Positions 9,622 through 20,257 of a stretch of DNA of 64,000 nt are shown in pieces (the first letter of the stretch is position 1; each line of letters begins with the position of its first letter). This DNA is from Candidatus Latescibacterota bacterium (GTDB lineage Bacteria > Latescibacterota > UBA2968 > GCA-2709665), in assembly GCA_965219995.1 (NCBI GenBank), contig CBDCOX010000002.1, positions 1,536,001-1,600,000 on the forward strand, given 5' to 3'. Below the pieces are notes generated by a model. That model saw nothing but the letters and a program-made list of their open reading frames with translations, was not told the DNA's origin and ran no database searches. The translations under genes and the position numbers were made by a program.

Positions 9622-10410
9622 CTATCGTCGATGCTTCAGCAGGAAGATCATCTCAGGCGCTGCCGGATCTATCGGTTTCCGGTCAAAAGACCCGAATTCC
9701 CCCACGGTCTCGAGACCGGCGGCGTGAAAAAGCGCCTTGAGATGAGGATAGGTATACACGCTCATCCTGAATGGCTCTTCTTCCTCGGACAGTACGCGGC
9801 CGCCTTTATACAGCCGGAAGATAAACCTGCCGGCGAAACCCATGTTAACCGGATCGAATCCTTCCTTGACGAAGAATCTCCGGATGGTCCGACCGGTCCC
9901 GTCGCCGGCCGACCATTCCAGTTCCAGGTGTTCCTCGCCGTCGCCGGATAGAAGCTTGTCGAAGCGGGGATTGAACACGTCGAACGCGAGGACGCCTCCA
10001 TCCTTCAGATGTTTCCCGGCGTTTCTCAGCGCGGCCAGTTGATCTTCCACGGTGTACATATGCTGCATGGGTCTGAATGGAATGATTACCAGGGAGAAAC
10101 GATCCCTGAGAGAAAGGGTCCTGAAATCGCCCTCGACAACGCGTACCCTGCGTCTGGCGCCTGCAGGTTCTTTGGCGAGCTTTGTGCGCAGAGCCTCCAG
10201 CATCGCGCGAGAAGCATCAACCCCCGTGACATCGTGGCCCTGCCGCGCAAGCGGCAACGTGATTCTGCCGGTCCCGCAGCCCAGCTCCAGTACAGGCCCG
10301 CCATATTCCCCGGCCAGGTCCAGATAGAAGTCTCTGTCAACCAGGTCTTCCTTAACGCTGTATGCGGCGTCGTAGTGCTTCGCCGCCAGACTGTAGGCAT
10401 CATCGATCAT
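9622..10410 (-). CDS. Class I SAM-dependent methyltransferase
   Basis: VLELGCGTGR motif I; ATGA overlap with upstream gene. Confidence 0.9.
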   Translation of the reverse strand: MIDDAYSLAAKHYDAAYSVKEDLVDRDFYLDLAGEYGGPVLELGCGTGRITLPLARQGHDVTGVDASRAMLEALRTKLAKEPAGARRRVRVVEGDFRTLSLRDRFSLVIIPFRPMQHMYTVEDQLAALRNAGKHLKDGGVLAFDVFNPRFDKLLSGDGEEHLELEWSAGDGTGRTIRRFFVKEGFDPVNMGFAGRFIFRLYKGGRVLSEEEEPFRMSVYTYPHLKALFHAAGLETVGEFGSFDRKPIDPAAPEMIFLLKHRR

Positions 10411-11240
10411 CGCGAGTTTCCGATCACATTCTCAGAGCCAACCAGTTTCTCCCTCAGTTCAATCGCTGCCTGGAAGGCATCCGCAAGGAATTCAGAAGGG
10501 GCTTGAGCGAAATCCTGGGGCACTGACTCGATCATAATGGGACCCCGGCGGGATGCGGGATATGCTCTTGCAACGGTGTCCCAATTGACAATTCCCTTCA
10601 TCGGCAACCAGTGAACGTCGCCATGGCCGTCTGTATCCGAGAAATGGGTCGTGATAAGACGATGCGCCCATTTCTCAAGCACGGCGCCGGGCGTACTGGA
10701 ATACAGGAAATCGTGCGAGCTATCGTAACACAAGCCGAGGCTCGCCAGAGGAAGCTCAGTCAGAATGAAATCCAGACGATCGGTCAGCCTTGTATTCTCC
10801 AGAGCCAGCGCGACCCCACAGTTTGCCGCCTCCTCGCCCAACCGCCGTAAGGTTTCCAGACCTTCCGCACAAGGCGGAGGCGGCGATGGCCCCTTCGTTA
10901 CGTGAAGCACGATGCGGGAAATGGAATGCCGGCTGCAATACTCGATCAGCTTGACGTTCTCATTCACCAACGCGTCACGTTCTCCCTGCCGATCGGACCA
11001 GAAAGCATTCGCGTTGTCGTAGGGTGCGTGGACGTGATCGACGGCGAGCCCGGCATCTGCAACCATTCCCGGCATTTCGTGGGCACGACCCGATGCAACC
11101 AGGGGTTCTTTGTTGCCCATCCAAAGAAAGGTGTGACTGAATCCACTCTGTCTGATCAGACGTAAGCGTTCATAGAGAGGCAGTTCGTAGCCGAACCATG
11201 AGAATATTCCGAGAGGGGCCCGGGCGCTACCGGAGGTCAT
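10407..11240 (-). CDS. Sugar phosphate isomerase/epimerase (xylose isomerase-like TIM barrel)
   Basis: ALENT, CYDSSH, HFSD, DVHWLP metal-binding motifs. Confidence 0.85.
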   Translation of the reverse strand: MTSGSARAPLGIFSWFGYELPLYERLRLIRQSGFSHTFLWMGNKEPLVASGRAHEMPGMVADAGLAVDHVHAPYDNANAFWSDRQGERDALVNENVKLIEYCSRHSISRIVLHVTKGPSPPPPCAEGLETLRRLGEEAANCGVALALENTRLTDRLDFILTELPLASLGLCYDSSHDFLYSSTPGAVLEKWAHRLITTHFSDTDGHGDVHWLPMKGIVNWDTVARAYPASRRGPIMIESVPQDFAQAPSEFLADAFQAAIELREKLVGSENVIGNSR

Positions 11241-11318
11241 GGGTTGCTCTTTTTTTCATGTTGTACCATTCGTTTCGTCCATTTCTGTCTCAAGCTGTCG
11301 CTCCGATACAGCAGGGCA

Positions 11319-11732
11319 TCAGAGCCGTTGTTGTTTCTTGAGTTCCGGGACGATGTGGTTCCGCAGAATGGGATTCAACTGGTATTTCCCGGATTCGAGA
11401 TCCGCCATGGATGCCCAGGCGATCTCGAGTACTTCGTCCTGGTCGGGAACGGGTTCTCCTTCAAAACCTGCGACGTAAGCCCTGACCCTCACGATGTGCC
11501 GGTCTCCGGATTCCTCAGGGTTGGCCAGACGCTCGTATTCCCCGAAGAATTCAGCGTCCGTCGGGGTGATGTTCAGCTCTTCCTTCAACTCTCTTCGCAG
11601 TGTATCCAGGTCCGACTCGCCGTCTTCGACCTTTCCGCCCGGCAGGAGATAATCGTCGATGCCGTCGCACTTCACGAGCAGGAGGCCATCGTGGGAAATC
11701 AGAATTCCCGAAATGCGAACGAATGTCTTCAT
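11319..11732 (-). CDS. NUDIX hydrolase
   Basis: PGGKVEDGESDLDTLRRELKEEL Nudix box. Confidence 0.9.
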   Translation of the reverse strand: MKTFVRISGILISHDGLLLVKCDGIDDYLLPGGKVEDGESDLDTLRRELKEELNITPTDAEFFGEYERLANPEESGDRHIVRVRAYVAGFEGEPVPDQDEVLEIAWASMADLESGKYQLNPILRNHIVPELKKQQRL

Positions 11733-11747
11733 TGCCTGCTTTCAGGT

Positions 11748-11984
11748 ACCCGATTTATTCATGAACCGGAACTTACATGGATGGACAGGATCGACAGGAT
11801 AAAAACCAGGAACCGGAATAATTCACCCAATTCAAGGTTATCGCGATGAATCGGTCTACCGTAAGCTACACCACGAGACCCCGATCGTACCATGTCTCAG
11901 GTTGACGAAATTCCCTAAGGCAAATTTACTGAAAAGCAGCCGCTTATAAAGTAGACGATCACGATTTGTGGGAAAACTACCGGT
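11748..11984 (+). mobile_element. MITE-like intergenic element, copy 1
   Basis: acccgatttattcatgaa end, aacttacatggatggacaggat core, degenerate aaaagcagccgcttata box; aligns loosely with copy 2. Confidence 0.55.
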
Positions 11985-12072
11985 ATTGACATAAGACGAA
12001 GATCTGTAATCTTTCTATTCTCTCCGGCGGCTGCGCCACCGATCCACAGTCCGCCGGAATTGCCCTTCCTGT

Positions 12073-12567
12073 TTACGCCAATTCCTCCACCTTCAGGGAC
12101 TTAACCGTTACAGTGGACCCCCACCCCGGTCCGATACATACCGGCCCAATGAGGCCGTTGTAGTTATTTCGTTGAAACTCATCCGGGGTCTCGCCTTCGT
12201 TGCTGTAACGCAACTCACCGTCGACCAGCACCCGCATGAAATCCTCCTTTATCTCCCACGTCACCCTCACCCATGTATCCCGCGGAACCTGCCCCTGGCC
12301 CTCCGCGAAGAACGTATGGCCGTAGACCGGTTCGTAACCCGCCATCTCTTCCAGTGCGACTTCCCAGTTCAAGATCACGTGCCCCTTTGCAAAATGAAGC
12401 CGCAGGTTTGTGGAATCCGTCTTCGCCACCGCTTCGATCCGCAGCGGCACGGCGTAAATACCAGGAGTGCGAACGTATCCGTATCCCGTAAGGCTCAGCT
12501 GCTCACTGTTGCATTTTGCGACACATTCGCTGACCGGGACCAACCGGGAAAGTGGTATCTCCGGCAT
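12073..12567 (-). CDS. Hypothetical protein (beta-rich)
   Basis: 164 aa ORF with strong RBS aggagg. Confidence 0.7.
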   Translation of the reverse strand: MPEIPLSRLVPVSECVAKCNSEQLSLTGYGYVRTPGIYAVPLRIEAVAKTDSTNLRLHFAKGHVILNWEVALEEMAGYEPVYGHTFFAEGQGQVPRDTWVRVTWEIKEDFMRVLVDGELRYSNEGETPDEFQRNNYNGLIGPVCIGPGWGSTVTVKSLKVEELA

Positions 12568-12581
12568 CTCAACCTCCTCTT

Positions 12582-12868
12582 AACCCCTTTAATTCATATA
12601 ACGAAACTAACATGGATGGACAGGATGGACAGGATGAAAACCAAATCCGATCAGGAATTACAGGATTAGAAGGGATTAATAACCAGGAGCAGAGCAATTG
12701 CTCACTCTTCCAAGCAACAGCGATGAATCTGGCCACCCTGAGACCACGACAATACCCTGGTTGACCCGACTCCTGACTATTCAAGGTTTTCGTCATATAC
12801 ACTGCTAATGTTATTCAAAATCAACCGATTATACAACAAACTCACTGGTCTTCATGAATAATTCGGAT
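12582..12868 (+). mobile_element. MITE-like intergenic element, copy 2
   Basis: Aligns at both ends and through much of its length with reverse complement of 33141-33394; imperfect terminal inverted repeats; contains aatcaaccgatta. Confidence 0.75.
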
Positions 12869-13707
12869 CAAATCAGTCCGATTTTCCTGAACAGAAACAG
12901 GGCTTCAACGGTAAAGCTCGCCCGGTGTTCCTCACCGTGGCCGGTAATCCAGCCCCCGTCCTCCTGTTGGTTGCTGGTCACGCTGGCCAACGAAAGTTTA
13001 AAGAGGTCTTCCGCAACGTCACCGGCAAGATGGCTGGCGTGCGCAATGGAGATGACGTCTCCCGGATCCCCTTTGCCCTGTTCCACAGTATCATACAATA
13101 TCCTCCTGCATCCGCTGACAATCTCTTCGTCCGTCCCATTGCCGGATTCGTGGAGATGAAACAGTGGCAGCGCCATCCAGTGCGTGTGGTTGTAGTCCGG
13201 AAATCTCTCGCCATTCCATCCTCGCCGGATGAACTCCACGGCTTTTGCGAAATCCACCTCGTGCTGCATGCCCGATTCCATCAGTTTGCAGCACAGCGCC
13301 GAGGTCAGCCAGACCTGATTTCCGTACCGGCCGGGCAGCATCCAGAACGGCGGATTGAAATCCACAATGGCTTCCGGCTCATCCCAGCTTCCGTCTTCGC
13401 GCTGGGTTCTTCGGAGATAGTCGAGTGTATTCAGCAACACTGAACTGTCGCGATCTCCAATCCAATTCAGCCATTGAAGCGCGACGAACGTCGCGGTGAT
13501 GATCGACAGGTCGCCCTGAAAGTCCTTGTCCGTTCTCGTCCAGCCACCGTCATCTCTCTGATTGAAGGCGAGGGCCTCGATAACCTCGCCGCGACTGCAA
13601 TCTCCCGTTGCAAATCTGGCCAAACTCGAAAGTGCGGGATCGTCGGAATCAAGGACGAAAGCCACGGCTTTTAGCGGATCAATTCTGCTCACGATTCCTT
13701 CCTCCAA
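12868..13707 (-). CDS. Prenyltransferase/squalene oxidase repeat (alpha-alpha toroid) protein
   Basis: QRDDGGW, QREDGSW, QQEDGGW repeats. Confidence 0.75.
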   Translation of the reverse strand: MEEGIVSRIDPLKAVAFVLDSDDPALSSLARFATGDCSRGEVIEALAFNQRDDGGWTRTDKDFQGDLSIITATFVALQWLNWIGDRDSSVLLNTLDYLRRTQREDGSWDEPEAIVDFNPPFWMLPGRYGNQVWLTSALCCKLMESGMQHEVDFAKAVEFIRRGWNGERFPDYNHTHWMALPLFHLHESGNGTDEEIVSGCRRILYDTVEQGKGDPGDVISIAHASHLAGDVAEDLFKLSLASVTSNQQEDGGWITGHGEEHRASFTVEALFLFRKIGLI

Positions 13708-13771
13708 CGGTCATTCGAACTTGGTGGCCGAAGAGCGGGATTCCTTGGCTGCTCGCGTCCAGCCACGCGCT

Positions 13772-14830
13772 TCAACTGGCAAGGCTGGGCAACACGTCTT
13801 CCGCCCTTCCAGCCAGGTATAGGTCATCCTCGTGCAGAAACTCCGGGCGGTCCGGAGAGACCGCGGCGACTCTCAGGCCACTGTCGCGCGAATAGCTGAT
13901 CAATCCGTGTTCATCTCTACCAAGACCGATCGCGAGGAGAACCTTCCCGTCCTTGAACCACCCCCATCCACGAGCGCCGGGCTTGAAGTCATCCGGATTC
14001 TTCACGTGGACGTTGACTGATCCCGCCCGTTCGTGGAGCCTGTCTCCATTCCCTGTAATAACGCGGAGAACGAAGCCTCTATCCTCCAGGTTAGCCAATG
14101 CTCGATGTGCGCCATTTGGTTCCGCCTGCAGGAAGGCGGCTTGAAAACTCCCAAGAATCTCCGCGAGTTTACGTGGCTTTTCAATCATCAAGTCCGCGAC
14201 GGCGCCCGGAAACGGTTCATGCAGCGGGAAATGGCGCTCCAGACCCTCGGAACCCCTGAAGCTGGGGATCCCGCTCCCTGTGGATATTCCGGCACCGGTG
14301 ATTGCGACCGCGGGGTTTTGAGACACGAGCGTCTTCAGGTCCGAAATCGTGATGCTCTTTGCAGCTTCCGGACGCGCATTTGCGCTAACCGGATAGTACT
14401 GGTTTCTCGCGGCGAGACCGCCTCCTGACGCCGAAACCCTCGGCTCGAATCGACGGAAGTGCGATTCTTGAAGATCCTCTGAGTCCCCGTAGGTGAGGAC
14501 GAGGTGACTCGCCATTGTTCCGCGGCCGGTATGTGAAGACAACAGTTCAATCCGGAATTCGACCGTTCCACTGCCGGGCGCGGTGGAAACGGAAGCCAGC
14601 TTCCGTCTGAGCTGTTCGACCTCGTCATCGAACTCATCTTTCGCATATTCTCCGGAACAAGCGACGCATAGATCGAGCAATTCGACCGTTCCCGCTCGGT
14701 CCACCCCGAGTCGGCCGTAGAATCCAAATGTCCTTCCCCGACCCACAAAAGTCCAGTCGAAGTCAGCAAAACTCCCCCAGATCAACCTGTAGGATTCAAG
14801 CTGCGAGTTTGTGAGATTGACAACAAGCAT
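13772..14830 (-). CDS. Atypical SIR2/sirtuin-family protein with N-terminal extension
   Basis: TGAGISTGSGIPSFRG, EPNGAHRALA, TGNGDRLHERAG. Confidence 0.75.
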   Translation of the reverse strand: MLVVNLTNSQLESYRLIWGSFADFDWTFVGRGRTFGFYGRLGVDRAGTVELLDLCVACSGEYAKDEFDDEVEQLRRKLASVSTAPGSGTVEFRIELLSSHTGRGTMASHLVLTYGDSEDLQESHFRRFEPRVSASGGGLAARNQYYPVSANARPEAAKSITISDLKTLVSQNPAVAITGAGISTGSGIPSFRGSEGLERHFPLHEPFPGAVADLMIEKPRKLAEILGSFQAAFLQAEPNGAHRALANLEDRGFVLRVITGNGDRLHERAGSVNVHVKNPDDFKPGARGWGWFKDGKVLLAIGLGRDEHGLISYSRDSGLRVAAVSPDRPEFLHEDDLYLAGRAEDVLPSLAS

Positions 14831-14926
14831 ATTTCAGATTGTGCCGGGTGAGCAACCGCCGACGTTTTCGCCGCGCGCGAGTCGTAACTGCTATCCTATA
14901 GTCCGAAAAACCATCGTCGATTTACC

Positions 14927-15490
14927 CTATGCTTTTCTTGCCTGCTTCAAGTCATACGCAAATCGGTACAGTTCACCGAAGTCCGGGGATTCCGGACCGA
15001 ACAGCGCCGGCACCTCGCTAAAATGGACGGCCCGGACTTCGACAATCCCACTATGCGGATCAGGATCAGATCTGTCTTCGGTGTTCGGGACCACGTCCGC
15101 CCACGATACCACTCGCACATGGACCGGATGAGGGACGTGGGGCAATCTTGGTCGGTCGTTTCGAGAGACGCAATAGTACATCCCCATGGGATGAAGCTTT
15201 CCCGGAACCCACCCGGTCTCCTCCAACAGTTCGCGACGACCGGCCTCCTCCCAGCTCTCGCCAGGCTCGACGGTGCCTCCCGGCAGGACCCATTTTCCGT
15301 TAGACCGCCTGGTCACGAGACAATGCGTATCCGATACGAAGGGAATGACATAAGACGAGCCGCAAGCGGTCGACGCCATTTCAGCTTCGAACCCGCGGAA
15401 GTGGACGTCGGGACGCAACTTCCCCTTCTCCCCGCTGAGCACGGGGTATTTCGCTATCAATTGATCGAACTGCGCAGGATCCACGTTCAA
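14927..15490 (-). CDS. NUDIX hydrolase
   Basis: PGGTVEPGESWEEAGRRELLEETG. Confidence 0.9.
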   Translation of the reverse strand: MNVDPAQFDQLIAKYPVLSGEKGKLRPDVHFRGFEAEMASTACGSSYVIPFVSDTHCLVTRRSNGKWVLPGGTVEPGESWEEAGRRELLEETGWVPGKLHPMGMYYCVSRNDRPRLPHVPHPVHVRVVSWADVVPNTEDRSDPDPHSGIVEVRAVHFSEVPALFGPESPDFGELYRFAYDLKQARKA

Positions 15491-15571
15491 TCTGGTCCGT
15501 TTCCCGAGTCGAGTCCTGCCTCGCAGCGATGACAGTCGTTCAAGCCCGGTGGCGCGCGTCGCGGTTTCGTT

Positions 15572-16375
15572 TCAGTCGAGTGGCTTTCCCCATGTTACTC
15601 TCGTTTGAAGATCGAAGCTGAGAATCCCGCGTTCGTCGGCGTATTCGAAGAGGACGTCCGATAGCCGGGCATCAAAAGCCGCAGCGTTGACCTCCCCCAT
15701 GTGTTCCACGGACATGCTCTCACGCGAGTGAAAGGAACCGACGTAGTCCCGAATCGACTGCAAAAAAGGAACGGGCGCGGTCAGTACATCCGCCAGCCGC
15801 AGAAAGTGTCCGCGGTCCTCGAGCTCTTGAATCAAATCAATGTCTTCGTAATGCGGGTTCGTCGAATATTCGCGAATCAGCGAGAGCTCTGCTTCCCGCC
15901 ATGGCGGTTGGATGGGTCGATCGCCGTCGATAATGACAACGTGCCCGCCATCCGGCATCGCTTTCCTGAATCTCGGAAAGACGGTCTTCCACTCCATCCA
16001 GTGGATGCTTGCGCCCGCTGTCACGAGGGTGTAGGGCGGGTCCCATTCCACCTCCTCGACGCGTCCGTGAATCCATCTGAGGCGCGTATGTTCTCCGTTG
16101 GGCAGCGACTTTCCCACACGAATCATGTCTTCCGAAAAGTCGATTGCATCCACGCCATCCGCGTAATCCACAAGCCTTCGAGCGATCTTGCCCGTACCGC
16201 AGCCGGCGTCCAGGACTCTGCCCGGCGCCCGCCCGAGCAAGTCTCTGAGTATTTTGAACACTTCTTCCGGATATGGAGGACGTAGCTCGTAGGCGTCCGC
16301 AAGGCTCTTATGCTTGAACCGCGACGCATAATCATCCCAGTACTGACGCGGCCTCGTGGAGATGTCTGTGGCCAT
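15572..16375 (-). CDS. Class I SAM-dependent methyltransferase
   Basis: RPPYP, VLDAGCGTGK, SIHWM. Confidence 0.9.
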   Translation of the reverse strand: MATDISTRPRQYWDDYASRFKHKSLADAYELRPPYPEEVFKILRDLLGRAPGRVLDAGCGTGKIARRLVDYADGVDAIDFSEDMIRVGKSLPNGEHTRLRWIHGRVEEVEWDPPYTLVTAGASIHWMEWKTVFPRFRKAMPDGGHVVIIDGDRPIQPPWREAELSLIREYSTNPHYEDIDLIQELEDRGHFLRLADVLTAPVPFLQSIRDYVGSFHSRESMSVEHMGEVNAAAFDARLSDVLFEYADERGILSFDLQTRVTWGKPLD

Positions 16376-16439
16376 CCTAATCAGCCCTATAACGTAGCGT
16401 GGCTATTTGGACCGGTCCACCTGTTGACGTCCGTGAAAT

Positions 16440-17153
16440 CTAACGGGTTTCCGTGATCGAATGGATCGCCGAAGGCAGGGAATACAGGTTGGAAATTGTC
16501 TCGTCCGGGAATTCATCTGGCACGCGAGGTTCCAACGCCGCGTATCTGCCTTGCCGCATCCAAACGGTCCGAAGGCCAACCTGCTTCGAGGGAATGATAT
16601 CGTTGTCGAGGCGATCGCCGATCATAATCGCCTCCGAAGGCGCAAATCCCGCCCGGTCAAGTAATGTGCGGAAGAATCGCTCATCAGGCTTCTTGATCCC
16701 GAGGCTGCCTGACACGTCCGTATGGCGAAACCATCGCAATACACCAAGATCGTCCAGGACGTCAACAATACTCGCGGGCGCGTTACCGGCCAGCGCGAGC
16801 GTGTATTCTCCGGCCAAGCGTTTGAGAACCACATCGGCCCCGGGATACAGCTGGCAACCGAGTGCCCGGATCTCCGGGTAGTGCGATCGCACTTCCCCGG
16901 TGATCTCGTTGAAGAGGCGCACATCAGACCCGGCGAAGTGCCACGTGATCGCGTGCATGGCGCTCGGAACGAACCGCGAAATCTTGTCGCTGTCCAACTG
17001 TCTGTACTCTGCAATGGACAACTCAAAGCCGAAGTTGCCAAGCGTGGTTCGATGCACCTCCATCAACGCATCCTGTTGACCGGCAGCGTCGAGAAGGGTC
17101 TCTCCGATATCGAACAGCAGCACCGAAATCATGGGAGTCTCAGCTTGGTTCAT
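16440..17153 (-). CDS. HAD-superfamily hydrolase
   Basis: FDIGETL, KKPD, IGDRLDNDI. Confidence 0.9.
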   Translation of the reverse strand: MNQAETPMISVLLFDIGETLLDAAGQQDALMEVHRTTLGNFGFELSIAEYRQLDSDKISRFVPSAMHAITWHFAGSDVRLFNEITGEVRSHYPEIRALGCQLYPGADVVLKRLAGEYTLALAGNAPASIVDVLDDLGVLRWFRHTDVSGSLGIKKPDERFFRTLLDRAGFAPSEAIMIGDRLDNDIIPSKQVGLRTVWMRQGRYAALEPRVPDEFPDETISNLYSLPSAIHSITETR

Positions 17154-17198
17154 CCAATATACGGCGCGAAGTCATCCAACGTCGTCAGCTCTTGCAAG

Positions 17199-18173
17199 TC
17201 AACTCTCCCCGTATGACGTTAACACGGCGTCCCATGCGAGCTCGGAAGCGATGAATCCGATGTCGAATTCATCCAGGGTTTTCGTCTTGACTTCATTTGT
17301 GGTGACGGCATACAGGATATCGCCGTCATATTGGGTGTGAAAGGGCTGAATCGCCTGCGACATGGAGCTATGCACCTGTTTCGCCAATTGATGGAAAGAT
17401 CCCGAATCCAACTGACGGTTGGTGACGACCAACGTCAGGGTCGTGTTTTCGCGAGAAGGGATGCTCTTTTTCGATCTGCCAGATCTGCGTTCAACCCGAT
17501 CGCGTATATGAACGCGGTTTCCTGTCTTGGGATCCCGATTCCCCCTGACGACCCGCCCCTGCCGATCGACAATCGCCCCGAGCGCATTCACAACGGTAAA
17601 TACAGCAATTCTCGTACGTCCGATCTGTCGAAAGGCGGCGCCCTGTCCGGATGATTCCCGAACACCCAGCCCGGATCCGCCGCCCACGTTCGCCGAACGA
17701 CCTGCACCGCGCGCGCCGAGCGGAAAGGCGCCGGTTCGGCCTGCTCTCAGAGCGGCACGACCTAGTCTCATATCCGGATAGATGGCGTTGTTCCTCCCTC
17801 TCCAATCCCAGATAATAGCTCCCGACACAAGGGGAATATTCTCCCAGTTAATGGAATAATTCTGCATCGCGAGAAGCTCGGCGCGCACGCCGAGGGCTGC
17901 TTCAAGGCCGTAAAGCGAACCGCCGGCAAAGCAAATGGCGTGGGACCAGCCATAGCCCGTCTCGATTGCGCCAACGCTGCCTCCTCGAATATCCACAGCC
18001 GTGGAAACCCCTTTCGGGAAGTGGAACACGGTACAACCGGTCGGACCCTCTTCATACTCAGCGATACCGACCTTCATCATCGGAAAGTTGAACTCGAGGG
18101 TTGGACCGTCAAAGTCGGTCTTTGGATTCAACTGCACGGTATCATGTGAGACCGGTTTTCTTCGCTTTGCCAT
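17199..18173 (-). CDS. P1/S58 (DmpA-like) peptidase
   Basis: GPTGCTV, DIRGG, GGSLYGLEA, VVNALG, ENTTL, PFHTQYDGD. Confidence 0.85.
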   Translation of the reverse strand: MAKRRKPVSHDTVQLNPKTDFDGPTLEFNFPMMKVGIAEYEEGPTGCTVFHFPKGVSTAVDIRGGSVGAIETGYGWSHAICFAGGSLYGLEAALGVRAELLAMQNYSINWENIPLVSGAIIWDWRGRNNAIYPDMRLGRAALRAGRTGAFPLGARGAGRSANVGGGSGLGVRESSGQGAAFRQIGRTRIAVFTVVNALGAIVDRQGRVVRGNRDPKTGNRVHIRDRVERRSGRSKKSIPSRENTTLTLVVTNRQLDSGSFHQLAKQVHSSMSQAIQPFHTQYDGDILYAVTTNEVKTKTLDEFDIGFIASELAWDAVLTSYGES

Positions 18174-18176
18174 TGC

Positions 18177-19520
18177 TCAATCCTGCTTGGAATCGCCTTT
18201 CGCCAGGCTGGCGCAGACAAGCTCCTCATCGTTGCGGACGAAAACGTGTTTATAAGCGAACGCGGGGTGCGCCCATGTGACGCCGCCTCGACGATTCAAC
18301 TGATCGCGCGTCGGTTCGATCAGTTTCGCGCGACTGATGACATTCAGTCCGTCCGGTGAAAGGGTCGTAATCAGGAGTTCGCCGCGCTCATTGAACATCC
18401 AGACCCTGTCGCCGTTCCTGATGAAATGGATATTGCTCCAGCGGGCTTTGGGTACCGCTGTCAGGTCTTCCCAGATCCGTTCGCCGTTGCGGGCATCCAG
18501 GCAGCGGAGTTCTCCGTAACTGTCCACCCCGTAGATGTAATCACCAAGTCGGACCGGAGTCGACATCGTGGAATGCAAGGCATCCGTGTTCCGCTCGTCC
18601 TTGCCCTTACGGTGCCACCCGAATTGCATCTCCGGCTTATCCGGATTCACCTTCAGCAGCAACGATCCATCGAAGAAATCCGTAAAAAACAACTCGTTGC
18701 GATAAAAAACCGGGGATGCGATGCCGATCTCCATGCGTTTCGGCGGAAAAGGATGGCGCCAGTACACGCCGCCGGTCGCCGGGTTGAGTCCGACGATACT
18801 CTCGGCCGTCCGACAGACCAGGACGCGCTTATTGCCCTGCGTAATCGCAATCGGCGCCGAGTACGATGCCTTGTCGTCCAGTGCCTTCCATTTCTCGACG
18901 CCGGTTTCGCGGTCGAATGCGACGATGCAGGCGCCCGGCGTTCCGCCGGCCTGGACGATGACGTTTGAACCTTCAACGATCGGCGCGCTTGCAATGCCCC
19001 AGGTCGGCATCGCGATATTGTATTCGGAGTTCAGGTCTCTCTTCCACTTCAATGCGCCTGTGGCCGCGTCGAAGCAGTGGAGGTGGCCCATCGCGCCAAG
19101 GGCGTACGCCAGGCCGTTGTGAACGGTTACCGTCGCGCGGGGTCCCGCGACATAGTTGATCCGGTACTCGCAGTCGTACGTGTAGGACCAGATCAGTTCT
19201 CCCGTTTCCCACGCAAAACAGTGGACCCGTTCGACCTGTTTCGGTTTCGGGAGACGGTCCGTCACGTAGACGCGCCCGTTGACGACGCTCGGGCCGCTAT
19301 AGCCGCTGCCGATCGGTACTCGCCAGCGGACCGGGATCTCCGGACCGTCGAACACATCGATGATCCCGGCCTCTCGCCAGACACCGTCCCTGGCCGGTCC
19401 CCGCCACTGCGGCCATTCGTCGGCCGCAATCGAAGAGATGGGGATCAATACTGCCAACAACAACACCGCAATTCTCAATTGAACCACTCTCCTGCTTCGT
19501 CCTGTCTTCTGGTCTGACAC
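18177..19520 (-). CDS. PQQ-binding-like beta-propeller protein (secreted)
   Basis: Signal peptide then WPQWRGPARDG; repeated DAATG..KW; WAHPAFA. Confidence 0.88.
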   Translation of the reverse strand: MSDQKTGRSRRVVQLRIAVLLLAVLIPISSIAADEWPQWRGPARDGVWREAGIIDVFDGPEIPVRWRVPIGSGYSGPSVVNGRVYVTDRLPKPKQVERVHCFAWETGELIWSYTYDCEYRINYVAGPRATVTVHNGLAYALGAMGHLHCFDAATGALKWKRDLNSEYNIAMPTWGIASAPIVEGSNVIVQAGGTPGACIVAFDRETGVEKWKALDDKASYSAPIAITQGNKRVLVCRTAESIVGLNPATGGVYWRHPFPPKRMEIGIASPVFYRNELFFTDFFDGSLLLKVNPDKPEMQFGWHRKGKDERNTDALHSTMSTPVRLGDYIYGVDSYGELRCLDARNGERIWEDLTAVPKARWSNIHFIRNGDRVWMFNERGELLITTLSPDGLNVISRAKLIEPTRDQLNRRGGVTWAHPAFAYKHVFVRNDEELVCASLAKGDSKQD

Positions 19521-19679
19521 ATAAATCTCCTTGAGTTATCGACGCTTCCAGCGTTTGCGGCCGCCGCGAGCCTGACGGGCACGAGCGGCACGAGCGGCGT
19601 CGCAGACCTCGTCCTTCGCGCTCGATTACAAGCCGCCGATTCCGCCGTGAAACCGAATCGTCTTTGACGGCGAGATCCG

Positions 19680-19728
19680 GTAACGAGACCCAGCCCGATC
19701 ATCACAACCTGCTATCGGGTCTCGTTAC
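19680..19728. other. 12 bp perfect inverted repeat overlapping VOC stop codon
   Basis: gtaacgagaccc ... gggtctcgttac. Confidence 0.6.
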
Positions 19729-20108
19729 AGTCTCTGACCAATGTCGATTCGGTTGCCATCGGGATCTGCGATGACGAAATCCCGAAGACCGTATTCCTGA
19801 TCGCGAAGACCCTTGATAATCCGTACTCCCGACTTGCACAGGTGATCATAGAGGGCGCTTGCATCGCTCACGATGAGGTGCGCGACATTGTGCGTCGTGG
19901 GCTTCGGATCGCGCGACAACGACAGGTGCAGTTCAGCCCGGTCCTTTTTCAGGATCACGAAGCCAACCGGATTCCCGTTCTCGAACGTCTTGCGCATTCC
20001 CAATATGGAAGTGTAGAATGCGACGGATTTCTCAATATCACTGACTCGAATCCCGGGCGCCATGCGCCCGAACTCAACTGAATCGGGGAAATTCGATGAA
20101 TCGCCCAT
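19725..20108 (-). CDS. VOC/glyoxalase/bleomycin resistance family protein
   Basis: VSDIEKSVAFY, YGLRDFVIADPDGNRI; RBS aaggagg. Confidence 0.88.
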   Translation of the reverse strand: MGDSSNFPDSVEFGRMAPGIRVSDIEKSVAFYTSILGMRKTFENGNPVGFVILKKDRAELHLSLSRDPKPTTHNVAHLIVSDASALYDHLCKSGVRIIKGLRDQEYGLRDFVIADPDGNRIDIGQRL

Positions 20109-20257
20109 GAACTCTGCCTCCTTCAATGGCCACACGCCCGGAACCAAGGCAATGCTCAATGCAGGACAATGGCCGGCTATAGGAAGCCGAGGCGGTGCTC
20201 GGATCGATGATCGGGCTGAGTGCTACGTCGTCAGACGGCAAATCAATCGCCCCGGTC

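Noticed and set aside
19680-19728. Hairpin with TAAC...GTTA ends as an attC
   Set aside because: Stem pairs directly next to the core with no unpaired spacer or L boxes; more like a REP or terminator.
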